Virus record (IMG/VR): IMGVR_UViG_3300030616_000506
Coordinates: 64,001 to 128,000 of that record
Source of the DNA: a virus
Length of the DNA stretch: 64,000 nucleotides
Direction: 5' to 3' (one strand)
In this document: positions 51,929-62,298 of the stretch, piece by piece
How the letters are laid out: the number at the start of each line of letters is the position of its first letter
Numbering within the stretch: position 1 is the stretch's first letter
The notes under the pieces: generated by a model
The model's input: the letters and a program-made list of their open reading frames with translations, nothing else
Told to the model about the DNA's origin: nothing
The model's database searches: none
Made by a program: the position numbers and the translations under genes

Positions 51929-52423
51929 CTATTTTTTCCAATAGTGTTTATCACACCAGTTCTTACAAGATCTATATAATATAGTATATTTACTTAAAGA
52001 TGAATTATATATTTTTAATAAATCATCTAAATTAAATTTTACATCATAATGTTCTAAAACTATAGATACTATACATATAGATAATAATTCATTTGAATAA
52101 GGACCATGAGGTTTAAACCATTTATAAGCATCAATAAGCTTATCTGATATTATTTCACAGTCTTTTTTATAAATATCACTACAACTGTATCCCATTATAT
52201 TTAGATTATTTCTAGTTAAAATTTTAATTTTGGTTGATATATATGAATCACTTTCAGTATATTCTAAATTTAAAGCTACACTTTTTTGTTGATGTAATCT
52301 CTTTAAATCTTCTAATCTCTTTCTATATCTATAAATTATTTTATTTAAATCATCTAATGATAGATCTTCATATACATCCATACTCCAATCAAGTTCTTTA
52401 ATTTTCTCTTTTCTTTTTACCAT
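51929..52423 (-). CDS. hypothetical protein, possible TFB cyclin-fold repeat
   Basis: LLSICIVSIVLEHYDVKFNLDDLLKIYNSSLSKYTILYR. Confidence 0.35.
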   Translation of the reverse strand: MVKRKEKIKELDWSMDVYEDLSLDDLNKIIYRYRKRLEDLKRLHQQKSVALNLEYTESDSYISTKIKILTRNNLNIMGYSCSDIYKKDCEIISDKLIDAYKWFKPHGPYSNELLSICIVSIVLEHYDVKFNLDDLLKIYNSSLSKYTILYRSCKNWCDKHYWKK

Positions 52424-52598
52424 GAGTATTGATCATTATAATAATCACTTCTGGGAGCTTCACTTCCTCCTCCACTATTTCTATGGATAGAGTAATTATA
52501 ATCACAATTTATTAAGATGATATTACCACTACTAGGATAAGGTCTACAATCTTCACAATAAACTGAATTAACTGAATCATCTAGCTCTTTTTTACACT

Positions 52599-53096
52599 CT
52601 AAACATCTTCTAGCCAATAATCCCAACCTCTGTATATATCTTCTCTAGTTAATTTATAATCAACAATTTCATCTATAAAGGTGTAATCTATAACACATCC
52701 TTCTAGATCCTTAGTTATGTAACCCGTTTCATCTTCATTAAAATCTATTGTATATTTCCAATTTCCAACTTCATCTGATACTAAACCGGTATTAGCATCA
52801 AAGTAATATTTATTTTGACCATAATAAGTAGGAGATGCCCAAGTATCAAACACTCTTTTTTCTAATTCATCATTAATCATTTTATACCTTTGTTGTATTT
52901 CTTTAAATTCAGTAACTTCATCATCCGTATCAAAATTGTGAGTAGAATAATAATTATCTAATTGCATTTCATATTTAATAACTAAAAATTGTAATCCAGA
53001 AATTGTTATGTCAGCTAAATTTATATCAAAATTAGGTTGTCTTTGCCAACTTTTTGTTCTTCTAAATGTACTTTCAGCCCATTGTTCTTTACTCAT
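52599..53096 (-). CDS. hypothetical protein
   Basis: First gene after TATA-type promoter, GGAG SD. Confidence 0.55.
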   Translation of the reverse strand: MSKEQWAESTFRRTKSWQRQPNFDINLADITISGLQFLVIKYEMQLDNYYSTHNFDTDDEVTEFKEIQQRYKMINDELEKRVFDTWASPTYYGQNKYYFDANTGLVSDEVGNWKYTIDFNEDETGYITKDLEGCVIDYTFIDEIVDYKLTREDIYRGWDYWLEDV

Positions 53097-53131
53097 TTTT
53101 CTTGCTCCGTATAGTTATTATGTTAGGGAAA

Positions 53132-53145
53132 CATTTATATAGTTT
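53132..53145 (-). promoter_or_regulatory. archaeal BRE/TATA-like promoter
   Basis: AAACTATATAAATG in one of the few intergenic gaps, about 40 nt upstream of ATG 53096. Confidence 0.5.
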
Positions 53146-53150
53146 GTGAT

Positions 53151-53498
53151 TCATAAAATTTCTACCATCGCTTCTTCCTTATCTAACTTTTCTCCATACT
53201 CATTAATATATGATCTATTAACTAGAGCATTTTTATTATTGGTTATATTATAATATCTATAATGTTTACTAACATATCCTAGTATCCTTATTACTATAGT
53301 ATCATCATCTTTCCATTTTAATCTTAAAATATCTCCTTTCTTATATTTCTTTCTGTAACTCCATCTCTCCTTTAGATAACCTATAGGATGATAGGGAGAA
53401 TTATAAAAGATATGAGTTACTCCTACTACAGTGATAAGACAAAAACCAAATAATATTAGCACATACATTGTAGCATTAAATATATCTATCCAATTCAT
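53151..53498 (-). CDS. tagged small protein (group A), TM plus SH3-like
   Basis: KYKKGDILRL; ends EEAMVEIL. Confidence 0.65.
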   Translation of the reverse strand: MNWIDIFNATMYVLILFGFCLITVVGVTHIFYNSPYHPIGYLKERWSYRKKYKKGDILRLKWKDDDTIVIRILGYVSKHYRYYNITNNKNALVNRSYINEYGEKLDKEEAMVEIL

Positions 53499-53743
53499 AA
53501 TAACTCCACCATTATATCATCTTCTGATAATCTAGTTAATGTGTCATGTATCCTATCAATATAAGTGATTTCATCATCTTCAACACCACTATCTATATTA
53601 ATAATACACTTTATACAATCTTCAAAGCAATCATCTTTATAATGTACATCTATAATAATTATACCTATAAAACTCTCTCCATTATCTAAAGTTACCTTTA
53701 CAATATCTCCCTTATTTAAGTCAGTGAATTTTAAAGATGACAT
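53495..53743 (-). CDS. tagged small protein (group A)
   Basis: LNKGDIVKV; ends DDIMVELL. Confidence 0.65.
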   Translation of the reverse strand: MSSLKFTDLNKGDIVKVTLDNGESFIGIIIIDVHYKDDCFEDCIKCIINIDSGVEDDEITYIDRIHDTLTRLSEDDIMVELL

Positions 53744-54314
53744 CTCCCTTACCTTCTAAACAATACTTACATTTATCACAAGTTAATTTAGATCCATGAC
53801 CCTTACTACACATATGACCTGTAGGAGCATCTTTATAGTTAGGTATCTTATTACTACCATCATCTATAACATATGCCTTTAATCCATCTTTAGGTACTTC
53901 TTTACTATCAGGCCATATCGTCCAATAGAGTATAAGATTATCAGGTTTATAGCTTAAGTCTAAATCATATATTTGAGTATAGGCTAAGAACTTTATCTCT
54001 GGAAATAGATAAGCTATAGTACACCATGTGTTAAAATATTCCTGTGAATAGAAATCTCCTGATTCATGTATCCTAAAGTAAATAGGTTGCTTTAATGATA
54101 ACCAACTATATAAATTCCACATAAATTGTTTAAATCTTTTACTTTCTTTATAATTTTTTTCTCTACTAGGTAGAACATTAGGCCATACTCTCTCAGCTTT
54201 TTTAGCATAACAATATTCTTTACATAGATCAGTAGCTCCTGGACATGTAGTCTCTGCCGGTAGACTAAATGTGGGTATTTCCATTCTTCTATTACCACTA
54301 CTTATATATACCAT
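53721..54314 (-). CDS. GP88-family phage protein
   Basis: FSLPAETTCPGAT..C...CYA, FRIHESGDF, YT. Confidence 0.75.
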   Translation of the reverse strand: MVYISSGNRRMEIPTFSLPAETTCPGATDLCKEYCYAKKAERVWPNVLPSREKNYKESKRFKQFMWNLYSWLSLKQPIYFRIHESGDFYSQEYFNTWCTIAYLFPEIKFLAYTQIYDLDLSYKPDNLILYWTIWPDSKEVPKDGLKAYVIDDGSNKIPNYKDAPTGHMCSKGHGSKLTCDKCKYCLEGKGDVIFKIH

Positions 54315-56654
54315 TCTTTTTATTCTCCTGATATTCTAAAATACATTCCTTACAAACTTCTGGTAGCTGTTCACATAATCCATAATAAGTTCTATTGTAG
54401 AATCTAGGCATTTGTTCACATGGTAATCTATCTTTCCAATCAATCTCTTTCTTCATATTCTATCCCCATTTAGCCTTATTTATTTGTTGTTTTGTATAAT
54501 TTCTTTTTTCTTCTTCTATATTATCTTCTGATAGTTGTTCTCCCTGAATTACAAATATACTATCGTGTATCAAACCTAATTCTTCATTCATATAATCAAG
54601 GAGTCTTTCTATTTCCTTTTCATGATAATCATATATTTTATTTGGTATTATTATTCTAATCTCCATAATCTTCTCCATGTTCTATCACTTCCAAATCTAC
54701 ATCCGTACTTTCTATCTTTTCAAACTTACATCCACAATCTTTACATTCCCATACAGATACATCAGTCCAACTCCATTCGTCTCTCTGGATAACTTCAGAG
54801 TCATCTATAAGTTCTACATTATCACTATCACATTCAGGACAATAGTACATTATTATTCCTCTATAATATTGCATTTGCTATAAACATTAGTAAAACAAAG
54901 TTCACGATAGTAAGTCCTATTCCCACTCCATCTAAAAATTCTTTACTTATCATTTATATCTCCTCAAGCTCTTGCTTGAATATCATTATCAATTTCTCCT
55001 AATATTTTAGATACTTCCTCTAATTGTTTCCATTGTTCATCTGTAAGCATATAACAGGCTCTATCTATATTGTTAGCTCTGAATAATATATGTTGTGTTA
55101 AATCTCTTCCTTTCATTTAATATTCTCTCCTTAAATATAACCATACACATGATAAGAATATAGCTGCACCTAGAATAGGTATTCCCAACATCAAATATAA
55201 TGGTATTTCATATTGTTCTTCTATCAAAGTCATACCAGCAAATAATAATACTATTAACAATCCAGATAATAATACAGCTTTATCTATTAAGTAACTCATT
55301 CTCTCTGTCTCCTTCCATCTCCATAGTTCTTATCTTTATATTCTTGATATGGAATTATTATAAATAGAAAGGTAAATAGTGTAGGAATCATAGATGATAT
55401 AATCCCAAAAGCAAGACCTCTATCGCCTGATATTAGATAACCAATTACTCCACATAATAACATCCATCCACCTGCTATTAAGAACACCCCTAATAATTCC
55501 TTACTTATTTCTGTATTTACTTTGTTCTTCCAATACCATCTTAAAAATCCTTCTTTCTTTTTCATATCTTATCTCCTATATGTTTTTAAATCTGATACTC
55601 TAACATATTCTCTAGCATCATTTGGCATTTCTGCTATATAAAACTTAGCAAACATTGGAGCAGGTTTACCTACCATCTCTAGAGGAATAAAGTTTTCATC
55701 ATCTACAAAATCACTTTCTGATATCTCTTTTGCAGTATAAACTTTGACTCCATGTTCTTTAGCAAGTTGTCTATTTTTCTCTTTATCTCTATCCATTTGC
55801 TCCCAATGCTCTTCTAAATTTTTCATATCTGGAGTTTTTTCATTAACCACATAATCTTCTTCAATCACTTCTTTTATTGATTCTTTAATTAATTCTTTCA
55901 TCTCTTTCTTTTTCATTTAATCTACTTCCCATAATGCAATTCCTATAACCCAAGCAAATATTCCTTCAAAGAAACATATTAGTAATGTTACTAAAAAGGT
56001 TACTATAGATTGCCAGAATCCTATTGGATTTAGCAAGTTCCAGATACCAAATCCTATTAGAAAAGGTGACAAGAAACATCCTATACTTAATAGTTTATTT
56101 ATCATTCAATCACTCCTTATAGTATACTCTAACTCAAAACTCTTTATTATCTTTTTATTCTTCATATATTGTAGCAACTCATAGTAATCATTCATTAGAT
56201 TCTCTAGCTCACTTGTTCTCCAAGATGCTACAAACTTATCATTTACCTTTACATCCAAATATTCTGCCACCTTTATATCTCCTTAAATCTATCTACTTGT
56301 TTCATTTCTTTCTTCTTAGATACTTTAATATGATACCACATATATTTACATTTCCCACAATATTCCATATCTCTATATTCATAATCTGCACAATCAGATA
56401 TATAATGAATACAATCACTATATTTACAAGGCGAATTACCTAATGCTAATGCCATCTTTATATCTCTCCTAATGCTTCTATTACAGCTAGCCATCCAAAT
56501 ACTATCTCTCCTAAACCTGCAAATAATAATATTATTGCTAATAAACTATTTACAGAACTATTATAGTCATTAGCTAAAAACCATATTGCTATACTTGCTG
56601 TGATAATAAAACATATTATCATCAATGTTAAAAAGATTTTACTCCTTTCCATCT

Positions 56655-57206
56655 TTATATCTCCTTATACTCTCCATATAAATTCTTTTTACAGTAATTC
56701 AATTTAATCTTATTATATTGTTTTAAGACTGATGTAGTGGATACGGGAGTAAACTCATTGACATCTACTCCTACATTAATGATAGGAATACTGGGATTAC
56801 TCTTTAATAACTTGAACTTCCACTTCTCATGGATATGTCCACAGATTACAAAGTCACAGATAGGTAATATCTCTGGAGGATGATGTTGTACAAATACATC
56901 CTTACCTCCAAAGAACATCATGGCTTTATCAATATAAGTTTTAACTCCATTATTCATATCGTGATTTCCTCTGATGTGTACGATACTACCATTTAATTTC
57001 TGTTCAAATAATCTACCATTATCCTGACCCTTAAAGGCAAAGTCTCCAACATGATAAACTAAATCATCTTTACTAACAACATTATTCCATCTCTTAATAA
57101 TCTCTTCATTCATATGATTTACATTCTTGAATGGTCTATTGGTATACTTAATAATATTGTCATGGTCAAAGTGACAATCTGCAGAAAAATATATTTTCAT
57201 TTTCAA
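56655..57206 (-). CDS. calcineurin-like metallophosphoesterase
   Basis: ADCHFDH, HVGD, GNHD, GHIH, NVGVD. Confidence 0.9.
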   Translation of the reverse strand: MKMKIYFSADCHFDHDNIIKYTNRPFKNVNHMNEEIIKRWNNVVSKDDLVYHVGDFAFKGQDNGRLFEQKLNGSIVHIRGNHDMNNGVKTYIDKAMMFFGGKDVFVQHHPPEILPICDFVICGHIHEKWKFKLLKSNPSIPIINVGVDVNEFTPVSTTSVLKQYNKIKLNYCKKNLYGEYKEI

Positions 57207-57316
57207 TCACTTCCAAAATTGTTTCATTATACATCTATAATGTCCAACTGTCATGCCTATGTGATAAGTATCATCACCTAATGATTTACCACATATATCA
57301 CATTTATCCATTTACA

Positions 57317-57733
57317 TTACTCCCATTTATAAGGTAAGTCATCTGGAATATCCCAATTATACTTACCATAAAACTCTTTATCCTTTCTTAATAGATTACT
57401 CTTATGAGCATCATGGAAATCTTTTCTACCAAGCCAAGGGGGATACTTAACTATCGCAGGACATCCTAACAATGTCATGTTGTTTTTATATCCTCTTTTA
57501 ATCCATTCTTCAACTATTACATTATGATATTCTATCAATGCAGGTAAATAATCATACCATAGGTATATGGCAGGATGATTACCCCAAGCAACATCTGAAG
57601 CATCTTTACCATTCTTAATTTGCATTATCACATTTATTATTTGTCTTGCTTCTACTCTCTGCTTACCTAATCTTCTATAGTCTAAACATTCAGCTGACTT
57701 TTTAAAATCAGCATATGGTAAAAAGGTTTGCAT
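57317..57733 (-). CDS. pyrimidine-dimer DNA glycosylase-like (DenV/MSMEG_6728 family)
   Basis: MQTFLPY..LDYRRLGKQRVEA, HPA, HKSNLLRKD. Confidence 0.82.
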   Translation of the reverse strand: MQTFLPYADFKKSAECLDYRRLGKQRVEARQIINVIMQIKNGKDASDVAWGNHPAIYLWYDYLPALIEYHNVIVEEWIKRGYKNNMTLLGCPAIVKYPPWLGRKDFHDAHKSNLLRKDKEFYGKYNWDIPDDLPYKWE

Positions 57734-57775
57734 ATTACATCTCCTGTACAAATACTATCTCAATAATCTTAGGTA

Positions 57776-58021
57776 TTAAAGCTCTTCTATCATTAATTTG
57801 TCCTTGCTTATTTTCATTACACATTTTTTATCTATTGCTCCATACTTATGGGGATTTTCTGACTTTAACATCTTAACATAATAGAACTCTTCTCCATCAT
57901 CTCCTATTATGTATCCATAATGATCATCCCAAACTAAACCTACCCATCCACAATCTTCATCTCCAGGTATAGAATATAGATAAGTAGTCTTTAATACTCT
58001 AAAGTAATCACCCTTTTTCAT
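57776..58021 (-). CDS. tagged small protein (group A)
   Basis: MKKGDYFRV; ends DKLMIEEL-TAA. Confidence 0.65.
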   Translation of the reverse strand: MKKGDYFRVLKTTYLYSIPGDEDCGWVGLVWDDHYGYIIGDDGEEFYYVKMLKSENPHKYGAIDKKCVMKISKDKLMIEEL

Positions 58022-58263
58022 AATGATGCAACCATAGCCTCATCTTCCGTTAATTCTGTAGCACATTTATCCCAATAGTATCTGCTACAATATATTATTC
58101 CTATATTTCCTTCTATAGGATCTACATATAATTTATACTTAAGACTAACTCCATACATACAACCATCAGGTTGATGTTTTACTCCTGCTAATCTAATCAC
58201 ATAATGCTCTTCTCTGAAAGTATCATTGTATCTATAATATCTACCTATCTTCATTGATGTCAT
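58018..58263 (-). CDS. tagged small protein (group A)
   Basis: MKIGRYYRY; ends DEAMVASL. Confidence 0.65.
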   Translation of the reverse strand: MTSMKIGRYYRYNDTFREEHYVIRLAGVKHQPDGCMYGVSLKYKLYVDPIEGNIGIIYCSRYYWDKCATELTEDEAMVASL

Positions 58264-58493
58264 AAACTATCAACAATTAATTCATCAAGAGTATCATAAA
58301 ATTTAAACATCTGATGCCAACCAAATTCACTGTCTCCTTTCCATATCCAATGATACTTAACTTTAGGATTATGGGGATAATTTGATTTTATTAATTCATA
58401 TTTATAAACTACTTTACACTCTTTAAATATCTTACCTACTATATAAAAACCTATTTTATCTATTTTAAAATACTTTCCTTCTTTAGATTTCAT
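58260..58493 (-). CDS. tagged small protein (group A)
   Basis: KEGKYFKI; ends DELIVDSL. Confidence 0.65.
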   Translation of the reverse strand: MKSKEGKYFKIDKIGFYIVGKIFKECKVVYKYELIKSNYPHNPKVKYHWIWKGDSEFGWHQMFKFYDTLDELIVDSL

Positions 58494-58761
58494 ACATCAT
58501 CATCTCATCTAATAGATTTTTACCTAAATAAGATAGTAACTTTTTCTTATTATTAAATCTGACAGATACATTCTTATCATCATCTGCACTTATTAAAATA
58601 ACTTCATAATCATCATCAACACCACCATGAATAACTAATGATAATCTATTATCCTTTAATTTATAAACCCATAAATAGTAATCATAATTAACCACATAGA
58701 ATACATCTGGATATATTAAATTAATTAATTCTTCTACTTCATTACATATTCTATTCTTCAT
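58483..58761 (-). CDS. tagged small protein
   Basis: Ends DEMMMYEI. Confidence 0.6.
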   Translation of the reverse strand: MKNRICNEVEELINLIYPDVFYVVNYDYYLWVYKLKDNRLSLVIHGGVDDDYEVILISADDDKNVSVRFNNKKKLLSYLGKNLLDEMMMYEI

Positions 58762-58997
58762 AATAGTTCAACCATAACTTCTTCATAAGATAGTTTCTTA
58801 CAAATTTCATTCTTGAAGTTTAAACCAATCCATCTATCTCCCCACATCCATTGAAGTTTTCCAATAGTTTTTATTATTTTAAATTTATATTGATTAATTT
58901 TATTTTTATTTATAATTTTTAATATATAAACTCCGTGTAAATATCTAGACTCATATAATATATAGTCTCCTATCTCAAATTTATCATAGGGTCTCAT
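58758..58997 (-). CDS. tagged small protein (group A)
   Basis: KFEIGDYILY; ends EEVMVELL. Confidence 0.65.
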   Translation of the reverse strand: MRPYDKFEIGDYILYESRYLHGVYILKIINKNKINQYKFKIIKTIGKLQWMWGDRWIGLNFKNEICKKLSYEEVMVELL

Positions 58998-59386
58998 ATC
59001 TTATCAACTATATTTGCATCTATTACATAAGTAAAGTCATGATACATTCTTATTGAATACTTATAATCATCATTCTCTATATCATTTGTATAAGATAATC
59101 TATTAACTACCCAATCAAAATCCTTTTTATTAAGTAAACCAAATGAGCCTAAACTATAATATTCTCCATAAAACTTTTTATTATAAGATAACTTTAAATC
59201 AGCTCTATTCATTAAGTTCTTAACTAATGGCATAGATATATCTATAGCCTCAGGATTTATTGTTAAATATACTCCTCCCCAATTCTTATCATCATTACTC
59301 TTATATATAGTTCCCCATATATTACCAGTTATCTTTTCATTATCACTTTTTCTAGTGATTATATATTCCCCTATCTTTTTCTTCAT
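58994..59386 (-). CDS. tagged small protein (divergent tag)
   Basis: Ends DANIVDKI. Confidence 0.55.
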   Translation of the reverse strand: MKKKIGEYIITRKSDNEKITGNIWGTIYKSNDDKNWGGVYLTINPEAIDISMPLVKNLMNRADLKLSYNKKFYGEYYSLGSFGLLNKKDFDWVVNRLSYTNDIENDDYKYSIRMYHDFTYVIDANIVDKI

Positions 59387-59395
59387 ACTAACTCC

Positions 59396-60307
59396 CTAAA
59401 TTAATCTATGTAAGATATAAGGTGATACTTCCTCTCTAAATTTAGAATAAGCCTTTGAGTTATTTTCATATACTTTCTTAACATTATCTATAATATCTTC
59501 CAATAATCCAATAGCTCTATCATCTAATTGTCCTAACATAAATCTATCATCATCACTTAATCCTGCACCAAGAACAATTCTATAACCATAATAAGCATCT
59601 TTTTTACTAAAGTTTAAATTTATTAAATCAGATTCAATTGATACCCTCATTTTATCATAATTTATAATAGATAAATCTTGTATACCTTCACTATAATTAT
59701 TTTCAATCTTAATCCTATTAGTATTTAATTTTATTTCATTATCCTTTAAATCTATATCCCTCCATGCTAATGCACATTTCCTAAATGCTCTAAATATTTC
59801 TTTCTTATCCTCTTTTTTTATGTAATCCTCTATATCAGGATTTCTTTCTACTATATATAAGATAGCTTTAAAGTCATCCATCATCTTTGTTGCATCTTTA
59901 TCATGTTGTCTATAACTCCAATAGTAATATCTATCATTAGGTTTAAAGGCTAATCCTCTAGAATTTAACCATAATTCTTTTTCCCATGTAGATTCCTTTA
60001 CCTTATCGGATATCTTTATATTTGTTTCTATTCTACCCGATATTATTCCATGAAAGGATTTAAAGTATAATTCCCTAAATGAATTCCTAATATTACTTAA
60101 GCTATTCTCTCCCCTCATATATGTATTAACTTCATCTATTAAACTTTCTAATCCCTCTACTTCATTTGTATTATCTATAATAAACTTTTCTGTTATTTTC
60201 TCTTTCTTTTCCTTTATATCATTTATTTGATTTTCTAGTTTATCCTTCTCTAAATCAAGTTCTTCTATTTTTTTATTTACATCTTCTATCTTTTTATTTA
60301 TATCCAC
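59396..60307 (-). CDS. hypothetical protein with N-terminal coiled coil
   Basis: 303 aa, GGAGGT SD; no tag match. Confidence 0.6.
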   Translation of the reverse strand: MDINKKIEDVNKKIEELDLEKDKLENQINDIKEKKEKITEKFIIDNTNEVEGLESLIDEVNTYMRGENSLSNIRNSFRELYFKSFHGIISGRIETNIKISDKVKESTWEKELWLNSRGLAFKPNDRYYYWSYRQHDKDATKMMDDFKAILYIVERNPDIEDYIKKEDKKEIFRAFRKCALAWRDIDLKDNEIKLNTNRIKIENNYSEGIQDLSIINYDKMRVSIESDLINLNFSKKDAYYGYRIVLGAGLSDDDRFMLGQLDDRAIGLLEDIIDNVKKVYENNSKAYSKFREEVSPYILHRLI

Positions 60308-60317
60308 ATTTTACCTC

Positions 60318-60557
60318 CTATAAACTCTCAACTATCATTTCATCTTTACTTATCTTTTTATAATCCCAAGCATCCTTATGACAAGTTATTCCTATTAATC
60401 TACTGTGCCTCATAAATTCATTAGTTATAATACTAGTAAATATCTGTTTTAGTTTAACTTCTATTAAATTATTATATTGTTTTACTGACTCAATATAAAT
60501 AAATGATTTATATTTACCATCTGGATATATATAGTATTCTCCCTTTTTAGGTATCAT
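60318..60557 (-). CDS. tagged small protein (group A)
   Basis: PKKGEYYIY; ends DEMIVESL-TAG. Confidence 0.65.
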   Translation of the reverse strand: MIPKKGEYYIYPDGKYKSFIYIESVKQYNNLIEVKLKQIFTSIITNEFMRHSRLIGITCHKDAWDYKKISKDEMIVESL

Positions 60558-60784
60558 AGTAATTCAACCATAGCCTCATCTTTAGATAATTTCTTTAAAT
60601 CAAAAGCATATCTTTTTATACCATTAGTATGATTTATAAAATATTCTCCATATATATTTGGTATATATAATAATGGACATATTAAGTAGTAATCAGTATC
60701 TACTTCCTCCTTTATGATTCCATATATAGGATTATCTTTATATGGATAATCTGATTTAACTAAATCTCCTTTCTTAAATTTCAT
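60554..60784 (-). CDS. tagged small protein (group A)
   Basis: MKFKKGDLVK; ends DEAMVELL. Confidence 0.7.
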   Translation of the reverse strand: MKFKKGDLVKSDYPYKDNPIYGIIKEEVDTDYYLICPLLYIPNIYGEYFINHTNGIKRYAFDLKKLSKDEAMVELL

Positions 60785-61008
60785 AATAACTCTACCATTA
60801 CTTCATCTCTATTTGCTATCCTTAAACATTTATCATCAAACAATTCTGTTCTTCCTTTAATCCTTCCATTTAGAAATCTAACAATATATGGATATTTTTT
60901 AATTGGATATACATCTATTATTTCTGCTATTAATCCAACTTGATTCCTATAATATGTAACCTTTGGATGAAGTATTATCTTCACATAATCTCCTACTTTA
61001 TACTTCAT
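60781..61008 (-). CDS. tagged small protein (group A)
   Basis: MKYKVGDYVKI; ends DEVMVELL. Confidence 0.7.
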   Translation of the reverse strand: MKYKVGDYVKIILHPKVTYYRNQVGLIAEIIDVYPIKKYPYIVRFLNGRIKGRTELFDDKCLRIANRDEVMVELL

Positions 61009-61247
61009 AACAATTCTACCATTACTTCATCTTTATTCTTAATAAAAGTTATATCTATTACTGATGAATCTAAATTAAAATGTCCTTTTTCTCCTACATC
61101 CCAAACACTATTCTCATCAGCATATATAACTTTACAATAAGGAAATTTATTTATTCTTGTATTATATTCTAATACTACAAAATATACTTCAAATGATTTG
61201 TAATATTTATATATAGCCTTTATATAATCTCCCTTTTTAAATTTCAT
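61005..61247 (-). CDS. tagged small protein (group A)
   Basis: MKFKKGDYIK; ends DEVMVELL. Confidence 0.7.
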   Translation of the reverse strand: MKFKKGDYIKAIYKYYKSFEVYFVVLEYNTRINKFPYCKVIYADENSVWDVGEKGHFNLDSSVIDITFIKNKDEVMVELL

Positions 61248-61483
61248 AAATTAAACACCATTATTTCATCATCAGTTAACTTCCTATCAATTTCCTCTTC
61301 AGATAATAAAAACTCAAACTCAGTGTTAACATAACTTGAATTTAGTATCTTAACTAGATAGGGATATTTTCTATCCTTTCTTAATTTAGTTACTATTGCT
61401 ACCTTATTCTCAAATCCATCATAAATTGTTTTTCCTATTAATATATAATCATTTAATTTATATAATAGTTTCTTGAATCTCAT
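61244..61483 (-). CDS. tagged small protein (group A)
   Basis: YKLNDYILI, KYPY; ends DEIMVFNL. Confidence 0.65.
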   Translation of the reverse strand: MRFKKLLYKLNDYILIGKTIYDGFENKVAIVTKLRKDRKYPYLVKILNSSYVNTEFEFLLSEEEIDRKLTDDEIMVFNL

Positions 61484-61671
61484 AACATCTCTACCATAAT
61501 TTCATCATTAGATAATTTTTTATAATCAACACTATCACTAAAATAAATCTTTGTATTAGGATTAAATAATGATTCCCCTTCATAGCAATAAATATAATTA
61601 CTCTCTATTATAGTAATTCTAAATAATTCTCCTTCATGATTTTTAATTACATCTCCTTCTTTAAACTTCAT
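61480..61671 (-). CDS. tagged small protein (group A)
   Basis: MKFKEGDVIK; ends DEIMVEML. Confidence 0.7.
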   Translation of the reverse strand: MKFKEGDVIKNHEGELFRITIIESNYIYCYEGESLFNPNTKIYFSDSVDYKKLSNDEIMVEML

Positions 61672-61964
61672 AATAATTCTACCATTAATTCTTCCTTTAA
61701 TTTATTAATGTCATTAACCTTAAACCATCTCCTATGTAAAGCAGGAAATATAAAACTTAAATTTATAGGGAGATTCCAGTATGTTATATCATTTGTATTA
61801 ATTTTACTATCATTAGTTTTCTTATATAAAACTTTAACTTCAACATAATTAAAATCTGCTCCAGCCATATACCTTTTCTTTAATTCTAATATCCTTCTAA
61901 TCTCTAACACAAATATATTAACCTTATTATCATCTACTTGTGCAATTATATCTCCTATTTTCAT
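61668..61964 (-). CDS. tagged small protein (group A)
   Basis: MKIGDIIAQ; ends EELMVELL. Confidence 0.65.
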   Translation of the reverse strand: MKIGDIIAQVDDNKVNIFVLEIRRILELKKRYMAGADFNYVEVKVLYKKTNDSKINTNDITYWNLPINLSFIFPALHRRWFKVNDINKLKEELMVELL

Positions 61965-62287
61965 AAAAATTCAACCATAAGACTATCCAGTATATCATCT
62001 TCATAGCACTCTAATATATCTACTTCCTTATCAGATATCTTTTTCCAAACTTCTGACCACATTAAGCTAGATTTTTCATTAGTAAAATTCTCATCTACCT
62101 CTCTAATCCAAGTTCCTTTATTATTTGCTGTGATTATTCTAGAAGTTTCCTTTATTAGAACAGCAGGAAACAAATCATATTTACCCTTCTCAATATCAAT
62201 TATATTAGCCAACCAATAATATATAATATAATCTTTAGTTTCCTTTACTATATTAAAAGTCATATTCCTATAATGTTTTCTTAACAT
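61961..62287 (-). CDS. tagged small protein
   Basis: Ends DSLMVEFL. Confidence 0.6.
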   Translation of the reverse strand: MLRKHYRNMTFNIVKETKDYIIYYWLANIIDIEKGKYDLFPAVLIKETSRIITANNKGTWIREVDENFTNEKSSLMWSEVWKKISDKEVDILECYEDDILDSLMVEFL

Positions 62288-62298
62288 TTCTTTATAAT

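Noticed and set aside
59396-60307. 303-aa ORF as a tag family member
   Set aside because: Ends PYILHRLI; lacks the -8 acidic and -4 V/I positions.
57776-62287. Tag junctions as a CRISPR array, integron attC sites or DGR repeats
   Set aside because: No fixed-sequence repeat or palindrome; variation is mostly synonymous; spacing follows gene length; no integrase, Cas or reverse transcriptase gene in the window.
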